Shown here: positions 47,521 through 57,561 of the stretch, one piece after another
Position numbering within the stretch: position 1 is the stretch's first letter
Layout of the letters: every line of letters starts with the position of its first letter
Source of the DNA: Rickettsiales bacterium
Lineage (GTDB): Bacteria > Pseudomonadota > Alphaproteobacteria > Rickettsiales > UBA8987
Length of the DNA stretch: 64,000 nt
Assembly: GCA_965222525.1 (NCBI GenBank)
Contig: OZ244955.1
Location: forward strand, 705,893 to 769,892
Direction of reading: 5' to 3'
Made by a program: the position numbers and the translations under genes
The notes under the pieces: model-generated
The model's database searches: none
Seen by the model: only the letters and a program-made list of their open reading frames with translations
Told to the model about the DNA's origin: nothing

Positions 47521-48292
47521 GCTGCATATACTAAAACCAGGGAAGTTTGTTAAACTCACCGACCGTATCACCATACCGCTTGCAATAATTACCACGATAT
47601 TACTTGTAGCGGGGGGATATGTTGCCATTGTCACCTCCCCCCCCGATTACCAGCAGGGTGAATCGGTGCGGATTATGTATGTGCATGTGCCGGCAGCATG
47701 GATGTCGTTGTTTATATATATGGTGATAGCGCTGGCAGGGGTATCCTTCCTTATATGGCGCAACCCGTTATCGGACTTCATAGCACGGGCAGCGGCACCG
47801 ATAGGTGCAGGGTTCACATTGATAACACTGGCTACCGGCTCTATATGGGGCAAGGTTGGATGGGGCACATGGTGGGCATGGGACCCGAGGATAATCTCTG
47901 TATTACTGCTGTTTTTCCTTTACATAGGGTATATCGCACTGGCAGGGGCATTTGAAAACCAGGAACGGGGTTCAAAGGCGGCCGCTATTCTGGCGCTGGT
48001 AGGGGCGGTTAATATCCCGATAATCAGGTTCTCGGTGGATTGGTGGAATACATTACACCAGCCGGCAAGCGTTGTAAGACTCGACGGCCCAGCGATTCAC
48101 GGTGATATGCTCCTGCCGCTGTTGCTTATGGCGTTCGGTTTTACGGGAGTGTTTCTTGTCCTGCTGTTTATCAGGGTCAAGGCGGGATTTCTGGAACGCA
48201 GGATTATGCGTGAGAGGATGAAAAATATGGAGGAGGTTACTTCTTCCTCTTTGAGCAAACCACCAACAGCAGCGTATAACCGGATGCAATAG
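47519..48292 (+). CDS. ccmC: Heme exporter protein C (cytochrome c maturation)
   Basis: Trp-rich motif WGTWWAWDPR. Six TM segments. Confidence 0.92.
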   Translation: MLHILKPGKFVKLTDRITIPLAIITTILLVAGGYVAIVTSPPDYQQGESVRIMYVHVPAAWMSLFIYMVIALAGVSFLIWRNPLSDFIARAAAPIGAGFTLITLATGSIWGKVGWGTWWAWDPRIISVLLLFFLYIGYIALAGAFENQERGSKAAAILALVGAVNIPIIRFSVDWWNTLHQPASVVRLDGPAIHGDMLLPLLLMAFGFTGVFLVLLFIRVKAGFLERRIMRERMKNMEEVTSSSLSKPPTAAYNRMQ

Positions 48293-48647
48293 CGATTGCA
48301 ACCAGACCTCCCCAGAACGATACAGGAAGCGAATACGACTCATTGCTGCCATCGGTCGCGATGAGATACACCAGTTCATCTAGCGCCATACCAAGCCCGC
48401 TACCGAATATCACAGCCATAATGTCTGTAATACGCCTGCCTGCCTCCTCCATAACCACCAGGAAAATCCCGCTGAATGTCACCAGCACCAGCCCCGTATA
48501 AAGATGGTGAATATTATATGACGCTATATTGAAGTCACTATTGGGTGAGAAATACAGCCATACCCTCAGCACAACAAAAGTTGTCACCATAGTTCCCAGA
48601 ATTATAAATGCTCGTCCTTTATTTACCCTCACACTCATTAAGATCAT
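48237..48647 (-). CDS. Hypothetical membrane protein downstream of hisF
   Basis: Four TM segments. It has a 4-nt overlap with the hisF stop. Confidence 0.45.
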   Translation of the reverse strand: MILMSVRVNKGRAFIILGTMVTTFVVLRVWLYFSPNSDFNIASYNIHHLYTGLVLVTFSGIFLVVMEEAGRRITDIMAVIFGSGLGMALDELVYLIATDGSNESYSLPVSFWGGLVAIAIASGYTLLLVVCSKRKK

Positions 48648-49414
48648 ATTCTAACCGCAATACCGGTATTTTGCATATACTGCTTTACCTCTTTAACGGA
48701 ATATTCACCGAAATGGAAGATCGAAGCGGCGAGCAGGGCACTGGCATGACCCTGTTTCACTCCCTCGACGAAATGTTCCGGTTTGCCTACCCCCCCGGAG
48801 GCTATAACCGGCACCGACACAGCATCCGCTATTTTCCTCGTTAGCTCAATATCATAACCATCCTTTGTTCCGTCCCTGTCCATAGAGGTAAGCAATATTT
48901 CGCCTGCTCCGTAATCCACCATTTTCCGCGCCCATTCCACCGCATCAATCCCGGTAGGCTCCCGCCCGCCATGGGTAAATATTTCAAATGAGGGTTGGCC
49001 GTCATCTTCCCCTACTCTTCTGGCATCAATCGCAACCACTATACATTGCGCACCGAATTTATCCGCAGCCTGCCGGACAAATTCCGGATTATGCACCGCA
49101 GCAGTATTTATCGAAACCTTGTCCGCCCCTGCCAGCAATAATTTGCGCACATCATCAACATTACGCACTCCGCCACCTACTGTCAAAGGCATAAAGCAAT
49201 GTTCCGCCACCTGCGTCACCACATCATACAATACATCCCGCTTTTCATGTGAAGCGGTAATATCGAGGAAGCATAATTCATCCGCACCCTGTGCATCATA
49301 TATTTTTGCCTGCTCAACAGGATCACCGGCATCTATCAGATCAACGAAATTAACTCCCTTGACTACACGTCCGTCCTTGACATCAAGACATGGTATGATT
49401 CTGGTTTTTAACAT
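48644..49414 (-). CDS. hisF: Imidazole glycerol phosphate synthase cyclase subunit
   Basis: [16 protein letters not shown] and [11 protein letters not shown]. Confidence 0.96.
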   Translation of the reverse strand: MLKTRIIPCLDVKDGRVVKGVNFVDLIDAGDPVEQAKIYDAQGADELCFLDITASHEKRDVLYDVVTQVAEHCFMPLTVGGGVRNVDDVRKLLLAGADKVSINTAAVHNPEFVRQAADKFGAQCIVVAIDARRVGEDDGQPSFEIFTHGGREPTGIDAVEWARKMVDYGAGEILLTSMDRDGTKDGYDIELTRKIADAVSVPVIASGGVGKPEHFVEGVKQGHASALLAASIFHFGEYSVKEVKQYMQNTGIAVRI

Positions 49415-49422
49415 TATTAAAA

Positions 49423-50151
49423 CTACTTCATAAATTTCAACGCCTGCCTGATATCCAGCTTGCGGTCATAGATTGCCCGCCCGACTATCGCCCCGTCTAT
49501 CCCGCATGCTTTTATAGAATCAAGCGCACGCAAATCCTCTATTGAACTGATACCGCCGGAAGCTATAACCGGTGTGGAAATCCGCGAAGCCAGTGCCTCT
49601 ATCCCACCGATATCCGGCCCCTGCATCATGCCGTCAAGATTGACATTGGTATAGATTATTGCCGCCACCCCGACATCCTCGAATTTCAGCGCCAGCTCCA
49701 CTACCGGCATGGTAGTCTTGCGTGCCCAGCCTTCCACCGCTACCAGCCCGTCCCTCGCATCTATGCCGACCGCAATCTTTCCCGGATATTCCACACAGGT
49801 ATGCCTGACCAGCTCCGGATTATTAGCCGCAGCAGTTCCCAGCACCACCCGCGATATGCCGGCGCGCATCCAGGCATCAATCCGGTTCATGTCACGGATA
49901 CCACCACCAAGCTGTACCGGTATATTGACCCGACGCAATACGGCCTCCACCGCATCCATATTCACCGGTTCCGGCTGTCCCTGGAATGCGCCGTTTAAAT
50001 CGACCATATGAATCCAGCTTGCTCCCTGTTCCTCGAATTCCACCGCCTGTTCGGCCGGATTCTCGGAGAAGGTGATGGATTTATCCATATAGCCCTGCGT
50101 CAGCCTGACACAATGGCCGTCCTTCAAATCTATTGCGGGATATAGTATCAT
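49423..50151 (-). CDS. hisA: ProFAR isomerase
   Basis: [17 protein letters not shown] and GGGIRD. Confidence 0.94.
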   Translation of the reverse strand: MILYPAIDLKDGHCVRLTQGYMDKSITFSENPAEQAVEFEEQGASWIHMVDLNGAFQGQPEPVNMDAVEAVLRRVNIPVQLGGGIRDMNRIDAWMRAGISRVVLGTAAANNPELVRHTCVEYPGKIAVGIDARDGLVAVEGWARKTTMPVVELALKFEDVGVAAIIYTNVNLDGMMQGPDIGGIEALASRISTPVIASGGISSIEDLRALDSIKACGIDGAIVGRAIYDRKLDIRQALKFMK

Positions 50152-50153
50152 AT

Positions 50154-50190
50154 GAAGTCAGGAATACAGGAATATAAGAATACAGGAAAC
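50154..50190. repeat. Stutter tract, AGGAATA type
   Basis: Sequence is gaagtcaggaatacaggaatataagaatacaggaaac. It starts 3 nt upstream of the hisA start. 15 of 16 positions match the D1 centre. Confidence 0.8.
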
Positions 50191-50242
50191 TGTTTTTTGG
50201 GCGGGTATTGTGTAATACGCAACTATCCTGTATAATGCCTTA

Positions 50243-50641
50243 ATGCAAGAATATCTGCTGCATTATGTGTTAAACCTGTTTTTATTCACCGCCACATCGC
50301 TGTCCGGAGATATTGACGGTGCATGTGTGGGATTGAGTGATGCGCTACGTGAATGCAAGCCTTATGAATGCCGGATTTATGCCAAACAGCCGGATTTTGA
50401 AGTTGCACATAAAGTAAAGGGGATGGAGGACGGGAAATGTATACATCTGGTGCAGAGCCTTGATAACCGTGATTTTGCCGAATGTAAAACCGGTGAGGCT
50501 ACCCGCAAGGATTTAGCGGCCTTTATGCTTGATACCGGTGGTGAGGTGGAAGTTAACCACCTAATGGCGCTGGACAGGAAAATCCGTGCGGAATGTATTA
50601 AATATAATTTTACCGGTGTGAATAACAGACAGGAGAGATAA
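50243..50641 (+). CDS. Cys-rich secreted protein, paralog 1
   Basis: Hydrophobic N-terminus. Six Cys align with the next ORF. Confidence 0.5.
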   Translation: MQEYLLHYVLNLFLFTATSLSGDIDGACVGLSDALRECKPYECRIYAKQPDFEVAHKVKGMEDGKCIHLVQSLDNRDFAECKTGEATRKDLAAFMLDTGGEVEVNHLMALDRKIRAECIKYNFTGVNNRQER

Positions 50642-50642
50642 G

Positions 50643-51005
50643 ATGAGAAAATTATTACTGATTGTTATTATGGTTTTTCCACAAATATCCTTGGCGGAGG
50701 TGGAAAATACCTGTGATGAATTTGGTGCAAAGCTTATGGAATGTGCGGATTATTCCTGCCAGATGCCTTACCCCAAAGACAGGGAGTTCAGGGTGGAACA
50801 CACTATTGGCAGGAATGAGAATAACCCCGAATATTGCCACCACACCCAGACGGTTCCGGGTGGCATGGTGGAGTGTAACTACAGCGAGGTTACCAGAAAA
50901 ACTCTGGCGAAGACTCATGATAAAGATTACCGGCCTACCGATGAAGATAATGAAATCATCAAGCTTGCATTCAAGATAGAGTGTGAGTATAAGGGCGGTG
51001 GCTAG
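50643..51005 (+). CDS. Cys-rich secreted protein, paralog 2
   Basis: Signal peptide MRKLLLIVIMVFPQISLA. Same Cys spacing as the preceding ORF. Confidence 0.55.
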   Translation: MRKLLLIVIMVFPQISLAEVENTCDEFGAKLMECADYSCQMPYPKDREFRVEHTIGRNENNPEYCHHTQTVPGGMVECNYSEVTRKTLAKTHDKDYRPTDEDNEIIKLAFKIECEYKGGG

Positions 51006-51026
51006 TGGCTCGCAGGAGAGGGGAGT

Positions 51027-51374
51027 ATGTCTACAAGGATATATCATAATCCGCGCTGTAATAAATGCAGAGTAACTATGCAGTTGCTTGAAGAGCAGGG
51101 TGAAGAACCGGAGGTGGTGGAGTATCTGAAAGCACCTCCGACCAGGCAGGAACTGGTGGAAATACTTGATATGCTGAAGCGGGAACCGCGGGATATTATG
51201 CGTACCCACGAGCCGGAATATAAGGAAAGCGGTGCGGATAATACGGATTTATCCCGTGATGGGCTTATTGATAAGATCCTCGAATATCCGAAACTGCTAC
51301 AACGTCCGATTGTAATTAAAGACGGTAAAGCTATAATCGGCCGCCCGCCGGAGAATGTGCTTGAGATACTGTAA
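51027..51374 (+). CDS. ArsC-family protein (arsenate reductase/Spx superfamily)
   Basis: RIYHNPRCNKCR and LLQRPIV. Confidence 0.8.
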   Translation: MSTRIYHNPRCNKCRVTMQLLEEQGEEPEVVEYLKAPPTRQELVEILDMLKREPRDIMRTHEPEYKESGADNTDLSRDGLIDKILEYPKLLQRPIVIKDGKAIIGRPPENVLEIL

Positions 51375-51425
51375 TCAGGAGTCAGAAGCTAGAAGTCAGA
51401 AACCAGAAATCAGAAGCCAGAAAAA
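51375..51425. repeat. Stutter tract, CAGAA type
   Basis: Sequence is tcaggagtcagaagctagaagtcagaaaccagaaatcagaagccagaaaaa. It shares 20 identical nt with the reverse complement of 59647..59674. Confidence 0.8.
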
Positions 51426-51429
51426 TTTT

Positions 51430-52269
51430 ATGAGTGAACTGGAAAGAACAGGTGAGAAGATTGTTGAGAATTCAATTGACAGTAGTGAGCCCAATAAAAA
51501 ATCCGGGAAGAAAGAAAAGAAAAAGCTGCGCTTTTATGAAAGCTGGACTTTCCTGATACTGGTATGCATTGTATTTCCGCTGGTGTTCCGTGCGCTGATA
51601 TATTCTCCCTTTCATATACCTTCCGGCTCGATGAAGCCCAGCCTGCTTATCGGGGACTTTATCTTTGTTTCCAAATCTTCCTACGGTTATTCACGTTATA
51701 GTTTTGCTATTCCCCTGCTGGCTCCACGCGGAATCGGGATGTTCGAGGGGCGTAAATTTTCCGAACAGCCGAAGCGCGGTGATGTTATTGTATTTCGTCC
51801 GCCACCTACCCCGCATATTGATTATATAAAACGACTTGTCGGACTTCCCGGCGACAGGATTCAAATGAAGAACGGGGAGCTATACATAAATGGTGACAAG
51901 GTTGAACGCAAGCGGGTAGAGGACTTTACTGATACTGATGAGGATGGAAATACCAGGATAATCCGCCATTATAAGGAGACACTGCCCAATGGTGTGACCT
52001 ATTCGGTGCTTGATGACGAACTGGATGGTGAGTGGGATAACACCGAGGTTTACAAAGTACCGGAAGGGCATTATTTCCTTATGGGGGATAATCGTGATAA
52101 TTCTGCCGATAGTCGTACACCGGCAGTAGGCTTTGTTCCGGCAGAAAATCTGGTTGGCAGGGCAGATGTAGTATTCATCTCCACGGAGGATAATTTGTGG
52201 AAATTCTGGAAATGGCCCTGGACAATGCGCGGCGAACGTTTCTGGACGGATATTGATTATATGTTCTAA
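51430..52269 (+). CDS. lepB: Signal peptidase I
   Basis: SGSMKPSL (catalytic Ser box), KRLVGLPGD and GDNRDNSADSR. Confidence 0.92.
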   Translation: MSELERTGEKIVENSIDSSEPNKKSGKKEKKKLRFYESWTFLILVCIVFPLVFRALIYSPFHIPSGSMKPSLLIGDFIFVSKSSYGYSRYSFAIPLLAPRGIGMFEGRKFSEQPKRGDVIVFRPPPTPHIDYIKRLVGLPGDRIQMKNGELYINGDKVERKRVEDFTDTDEDGNTRIIRHYKETLPNGVTYSVLDDELDGEWDNTEVYKVPEGHYFLMGDNRDNSADSRTPAVGFVPAENLVGRADVVFISTEDNLWKFWKWPWTMRGERFWTDIDYMF

Positions 52270-52274
52270 ACTTA

Positions 52275-53648
52275 TTAATCCTCCAGACTATCCAGTATAT
52301 CCTTGGCTTTGAGGGCGGCGGGGGTACCTTCCGGCAGGTGCTTGCGTGCCAGTTCGATATATTTCTCCGCATCATCATTGTTTTTAAGCAGGGAGGCCTC
52401 CTCTGCCAGAGCGAGGTAGGACTTGCCCAATTTTCCCATACGGCCATATGCAATCCCCAACTGCCGCCATGCTATTACATTCTTCGGCTCCTTTACCAAC
52501 ACCTGCTCCAGAATTCCCGCCGCATCCGCATAAAGCTCTTCCCTTTCGGTAGCAATCTGTGCCACTGCAAGCTGCAGGGTCGGCAGTGGCGCATCAGGCA
52601 ATAGCTCAACCGCACGCCTATAGGAAGCTATGGATTCATCTATCCGCCCGTTTTCAAACAGCATTTGCCCTTTTAATTCATGGAAATAAGGGTCGTCAGG
52701 AAAGTTATCAATCAGCGAGTCTATTTCCCGCAATGCACTATCCATATCAGGAATACGGTAATAGGCTATCGCCCTGGCATAACGGGTGGCAATATTCTCA
52801 TCGGCATGTTTAAGCTTTTTTAGGATATCTTTCGGCTCTTTCAGAAATGCACTTAATTTTGCCGTAACACGGCTGTGTCTCTTATGTAAATCATCCAGCC
52901 ATATGTGGTTTTCAGCAATATTCTCCTCATTTGCCTGCCATTCCCTTGAAGCATTACGCAGATGTTCTATCCGATCAGAAGAAAGCGGGTGGGTCATTAT
53001 ATATGGGCTTATGTCATTATAGTAAAAAGTATGCTCGGTATGGAATTTCTCCAGTAATTGAATCAACCCGTCAGGAGAAGCCCCCACCTGTCTCATATAT
53101 CCCAATGCCGCCTGGTCGGCGGCCTCCTCCTGTGTGCGGGAATGTTTAAGGTAACCACGCTGGGCAATATGCTGCCCCCCCTGCGCTATGGCAATGCCTG
53201 CTTCCGGCGGTGCACCGGCTGCAATTGATGCAATACCCAGAATATAGCCTAATGCCGATTCTATCCCTGCCGATTCCATACGGCTGGCTTTCTGGATTAG
53301 ATGCCCACCGGTGATATGGCCTGATTCATGCGCCACCACCCCTATCAGCATTTCCGGATTGTCCGACTCCAGCAACAGGCCGGTATTGATAAATATATTC
53401 TGCCCGCCCGCAACAAAGGCATTCAGCATCGGGTCATTTATAATGATAATCCTGATATGATCGGCATTTAATCCTGCTGCTTTGAACACAGGTTTTGCTA
53501 TATTCTGCAGATAGCGTTCAATCTCATCATCCCTTATGGTAGATAGGGATTGCGCAGAAGAATTTTGCGGAGCAATCACCAGAACTACTAGGGTAAGAGC
53601 TGTTATGATTATATACACAACAACGAATTTGCCTGTAAATTTTAACAT
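52275..53648 (-). CDS. M48-family metalloprotease with C-terminal TPR domain (BepA-like)
   Basis: HESGH zinc motif, signal/anchor sequence, and a TPR-like C-terminal half. Confidence 0.86.
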   Translation of the reverse strand: MLKFTGKFVVVYIIITALTLVVLVIAPQNSSAQSLSTIRDDEIERYLQNIAKPVFKAAGLNADHIRIIIINDPMLNAFVAGGQNIFINTGLLLESDNPEMLIGVVAHESGHITGGHLIQKASRMESAGIESALGYILGIASIAAGAPPEAGIAIAQGGQHIAQRGYLKHSRTQEEAADQAALGYMRQVGASPDGLIQLLEKFHTEHTFYYNDISPYIMTHPLSSDRIEHLRNASREWQANEENIAENHIWLDDLHKRHSRVTAKLSAFLKEPKDILKKLKHADENIATRYARAIAYYRIPDMDSALREIDSLIDNFPDDPYFHELKGQMLFENGRIDESIASYRRAVELLPDAPLPTLQLAVAQIATEREELYADAAGILEQVLVKEPKNVIAWRQLGIAYGRMGKLGKSYLALAEEASLLKNNDDAEKYIELARKHLPEGTPAALKAKDILDSLED

Positions 53649-53718
53649 CCTCTAATAATGCCGGATTTAAGGGAAAAAGTAAAGAATTGAGAGCAATAAC
53701 AAAAATATTGTTAGGTGC

Positions 53719-55815
53719 TTATTTTTTCTTTTTCCTGTGTTTATGGCGGTGGCGGGCGGTATTGGAAGAGAAGCCGGAAAGCCCCAACTCCTGCTTCTCA
53801 ATTTTATGGATCAGGTCACGCAGACGGGCGGCCTCTTCAAACTCCAGATTTTCCGCGGCTTTCAGCATTTGTTTCTGCAAGTCCTGAATGTTATATTGCG
53901 GTTCAAAACCGGTTGCATCCTCGGCAAACCCGCCATATGCCATGCTTTCAGCCTCACGCTCCCCGCCCATATTATCCGCAATCGCCTTTTTAACCGAAGC
54001 GGGAGTAATGTTATGCCGCTCGTTATATTCCTGCTGAGCCCGGCGGCGACGTTCGGTTTCCTCCAGTGCAGACTTGAGCGCATCGGTCATCACATCGGCA
54101 TACAGAATCACCCGCCCCTCAACATTACGCGCCGCCCGCCCGATAGTCTGAATCAGCGAAGTCTCCGAGCGCAGGAAACCCGCCTTATCCGCATCCAGTA
54201 TACATACCAGCCCGCATTCCGGTATATCCAGCCCCTCACGCAGCAGGTTAATCCCGACCAGAACATCCACATCGCCCTTGCGCAATTCACGGATAATCTC
54301 CACCCGGTCAAGCGTATCGATATCGGAATGCATATAGGTCACCTTCAGCCCTGCTTCCTGCAGATATTCGGTGAGATTCTCGGCCATTTTCTTGGTCAGT
54401 GTAGTCACCAGCACCCGAAAGCCCTTCGCCACAACATCCCTGCATTCCGCGATTAAATCATCAACCTGCCCCTCGACAGGACGCACAATACATACCGGAT
54501 CAACAAGGCCGGTAGGGCGAATAAGCTGCTCAACAAACTCGCCGCCAGTGCGCTCCAGCTCAATCTTGCCGGGGGTCGCGGAAACATATATAGTCTGCGG
54601 GCGCATCGCATTCCACTCATCTGCCTTGAGTGGACGGTTATCCAGCGCCGAAGGCAGCCGAAATCCGTAATCCACCAATGTCTGCTTGCGGGCGCGGTCG
54701 CCATTATACATCCCGCCCACCTGCGGTACGGTAACATGGCTCTCATCAACGAATAACAGCGCATCATCGGGCAGATATTCAAACAATGTAGGCGGTGGCT
54801 CACCCGCCCCGCGTCCGGAAAGATAACGCGAATAATTCTCGATTCCCTTACAGGCTCCAACCTCGACAATCATCTCCAGGTCAAACCCGGTACGCTCACC
54901 GATACGCTGCGCTTCAAGCAGCTTGCCACTCGCCTCGAAATGCGGCACACGCTCCTTTAACTCCTGCTTTATAAGCCCCACCGCCTGCAGGAGAGTAGGA
55001 CGAGGGGTAACATAATGACTGTTGGCATATATGGTAATCTCCTCGAAACTACCGGTTTTCTCACCGGTAAGCGCATCGAATTCATCTATCGACTCCAGCT
55101 CGTCGCCGAAAAAGGACAGCCGCCAGGCACGATCCTCCATATGCGACGGGAAAATATCCAGCACATCACCGCGAATCCTGAAGCTGCCGCGGGCAAACGC
55201 CACATCATTACGCTCATACTGCAACTCGACCAGCCGGCGGGCAAACTCGCTCATATCAAGCCGGCTGCCGCTCTTCACCGGAATGGTCATCTGCAGGTAT
55301 AATTCCGGCAGGCCGATACCGTAAATGCAGGAAACCGAGGCAACCACAATAACATCGCGGCGCTCGAACAGCGCACGGGTAGCGGAATGGCGCATACGGT
55401 CAATCTGCTCGTTTATCGAGGAATCCTTCTCGATATAGGTATCGCTTTTGGGAACATAGGCTTCCGGCTGGTAGTAATCATAATAGGAAACGAAATATTC
55501 CACCGAATTATCAGGGAAAAACTCCCGCATCTCGCTATAGAGCTGGGCGGCAAGCGTCTTGTTATGAGCCATAATCAGCGCCGGACGACCGGTCTGTGCG
55601 ATAACCTGCGCCATGGTGAAAGTCTTGCCGGAGCCGGTAACGCCCAGCAATACCTGATCACGCCGGCCGCTATTCAACCCTGCAACCAGCCTTTCTATAG
55701 CCTGCGGCTGGTCTCCTGCCGGTTTGAAATCGGCTGTGAGGTTGAATTTTGTCTGATTTGCAGATTTTTTTGCAATTTTTTGCATTTTTTCCGATCGCTG
55801 TAATAATTCTGTCAT
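53719..55815 (-). CDS. uvrB: Excinuclease ABC subunit B
   Basis: [10 protein letters not shown], helicase motifs and a C-terminal UVR domain (..[10 protein letters not shown]..). Confidence 0.97.
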   Translation of the reverse strand: MTELLQRSEKMQKIAKKSANQTKFNLTADFKPAGDQPQAIERLVAGLNSGRRDQVLLGVTGSGKTFTMAQVIAQTGRPALIMAHNKTLAAQLYSEMREFFPDNSVEYFVSYYDYYQPEAYVPKSDTYIEKDSSINEQIDRMRHSATRALFERRDVIVVASVSCIYGIGLPELYLQMTIPVKSGSRLDMSEFARRLVELQYERNDVAFARGSFRIRGDVLDIFPSHMEDRAWRLSFFGDELESIDEFDALTGEKTGSFEEITIYANSHYVTPRPTLLQAVGLIKQELKERVPHFEASGKLLEAQRIGERTGFDLEMIVEVGACKGIENYSRYLSGRGAGEPPPTLFEYLPDDALLFVDESHVTVPQVGGMYNGDRARKQTLVDYGFRLPSALDNRPLKADEWNAMRPQTIYVSATPGKIELERTGGEFVEQLIRPTGLVDPVCIVRPVEGQVDDLIAECRDVVAKGFRVLVTTLTKKMAENLTEYLQEAGLKVTYMHSDIDTLDRVEIIRELRKGDVDVLVGINLLREGLDIPECGLVCILDADKAGFLRSETSLIQTIGRAARNVEGRVILYADVMTDALKSALEETERRRRAQQEYNERHNITPASVKKAIADNMGGEREAESMAYGGFAEDATGFEPQYNIQDLQKQMLKAAENLEFEEAARLRDLIHKIEKQELGLSGFSSNTARHRHKHRKKKK

Positions 55816-55862
55816 ATTTGGATGGTATAGTATATTATAACCAAAATACGAGGTACTTTATA

Positions 55863-56507
55863 ATGCAGGAAAATACCGAAAAATTACAGGATTTACTATC
55901 AAAACATCTTAAAGCCAGAAACTGGCATAAGGATGAAACACATTTGCTGGAAGCATATAACAGGAATTCCAGACATAGCTCAATGACCGGATATGAAGCA
56001 TTGGGAATCATAAATGGTGATATTTCGCATATTAACAAGAACAATATTTCCTATATAATAAAGGCTCTGGATTCTGCGGCTGAAATTTCACCTGATGAAA
56101 AGAAAGAAATATATGGTGCTTTTGCAGGTTCCCCAAAGGTTAGTAAGCCTGTTGGCAAGAAGAAACATGGCATTGATATTTCAACCAGGGGAAAAGAGGA
56201 ATTTTATAAGGTTTGGAAGGAGTTTAAACAGTTGCTATCAGATAACAGCATAACAATGAGGGAAATAGGCTTTACCAATGGCAAGCAGACAGTTTCCTAT
56301 TTCGTAGGTACCGCCTCGGATCCATTTTTCAAGGAAGAGTTCAAGAAGGCAAGGGAACAATTTGGGCAACTTTTGGATGAGAAAAATATTCCTGATAAGG
56401 GAAAACAGCTAAATCGCTATGATGAGATATTTTCTGCACTGGATAATGCAAGAGCATCCCACAGAAAAGAGATGGGCATAGAAAGCAGGTTTTTATATAA
56501 AGTGTAA
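55863..56507 (+). CDS. Hypothetical protein (215 aa)
   Basis: ORF from the ATG at 55863. No family recognised. Confidence 0.45.
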   Translation: MQENTEKLQDLLSKHLKARNWHKDETHLLEAYNRNSRHSSMTGYEALGIINGDISHINKNNISYIIKALDSAAEISPDEKKEIYGAFAGSPKVSKPVGKKKHGIDISTRGKEEFYKVWKEFKQLLSDNSITMREIGFTNGKQTVSYFVGTASDPFFKEEFKKAREQFGQLLDEKNIPDKGKQLNRYDEIFSALDNARASHRKEMGIESRFLYKV

Positions 56508-56526
56508 AATATAACAATGTACATTT

Positions 56527-57561
56527 ATGGCAGATAGTCAAGACACAACCGAAGAAAGAAAGCCGCTGACGCCTGTATATACGCTGAAGGACAGCGTTGA
56601 GCAGGGATACAGGTATGTGTTCAACAGGGAGCAGAATTATGCTCCCTTTCCGCAGCATCATTCGGTGAGGCGCAGGCTGGCGCAGTTCGGCCTGGGAGTG
56701 GCCGCTCCTGTAACCGCAGCCACCCAGTTCGTTGTCTTCCCCGCAATAGACAAGCTTATCCATAGCGATGGGCTGAAAGATGTTGCTATCGGAGGCGGGC
56801 AGAAAGTAGGCGACCTGGTGGTCAATAACCTGTCCGGACTGGCATTCTTCCAGTCATCTCCCGATCCGGCCAATATTGTCGGTTCGGTGTTATCGGCCGT
56901 GGTATATGGCGGATTAACCGCTGCAACCGTTAAATATTCCGGCGCTACCAGAGAGGATATTGCGAAAGCAGCAAAAAACGCTGTGGATATACGCCTGCAC
57001 CCGAAACAGACTATGGAGAAGGCGGTGGAAAAACTGACCCATAATGTAAAAAATCCTGCCACACATCTGCCGAAAATAAAAGAAACCGCAGTAACCGTGG
57101 CCGAACAGGTTCCGGTAGTTGAAGCGGTTACCATGCAGGGCAGTTTGAAAGAGCGGGTAAAAACCGGTGTGGCAAAGGCCCTCGGAGCCATAAGCTGGAC
57201 AGGATTTCATATGATGGGGATGCATGCCGCCAGTGATGTAGCACAACAGGGAATTGAAGGAGTTGTAAAAGACCCGAAAAAAGCACTCACTCCCGATACA
57301 ACCCACAGATATAGCGGTAGTTCGGACGAGCATACCATTGATACGGAAAAGCGGGTTAACCATCATATTGCGGTAGAACCTGTACTTGCCGCCTCCCGCA
57401 AAATCACCGAAAAAACCCGTAATATCCTCCCCGAAAAATTATCCGGCTTATCCGACAGCAAACACACCGATACCGACTCAAGAACCCCCACCGCCTCCTT
57501 CCGCGAAAGAATAACCGAACAAAAACAACAAAAATCAGTAACGGGTAGAACCCCTCTATGA
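56527..57561 (+). CDS. Hypothetical protein (344 aa) with hydrophobic segments
   Basis: ORF only. The 3' 199 nt overlap the convergent yihY-like ORF. Confidence 0.45.
   Translation: MADSQDTTEERKPLTPVYTLKDSVEQGYRYVFNREQNYAPFPQHHSVRRRLAQFGLGVAAPVTAATQFVVFPAIDKLIHSDGLKDVAIGGGQKVGDLVVNNLSGLAFFQSSPDPANIVGSVLSAVVYGGLTAATVKYSGATREDIAKAAKNAVDIRLHPKQTMEKAVEKLTHNVKNPATHLPKIKETAVTVAEQVPVVEAVTMQGSLKERVKTGVAKALGAISWTGFHMMGMHAASDVAQQGIEGVVKDPKKALTPDTTHRYSGSSDEHTIDTEKRVNHHIAVEPVLAASRKITEKTRNILPEKLSGLSDSKHTDTDSRTPTASFRERITEQKQQKSVTGRTPL

Noticed and set aside
48237-48292. A 56-bp convergent overlap between the ccmC 3' end and the membrane ORF downstream of hisF.
   Set aside because: Short convergent overlaps are common in compact genomes. 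The ccmC tail beyond its last TM segment is non-conserved-looking. Nothing suggests a regulatory feature.
53737-55803. Several 95-239-aa plus-strand ORFs inside uvrB. Similar cases occur inside map (59751..60518) and polA (61371..63994, minus strand).
   Set aside because: They are shadow ORFs of strongly supported genes in moderately GC-rich coding DNA.
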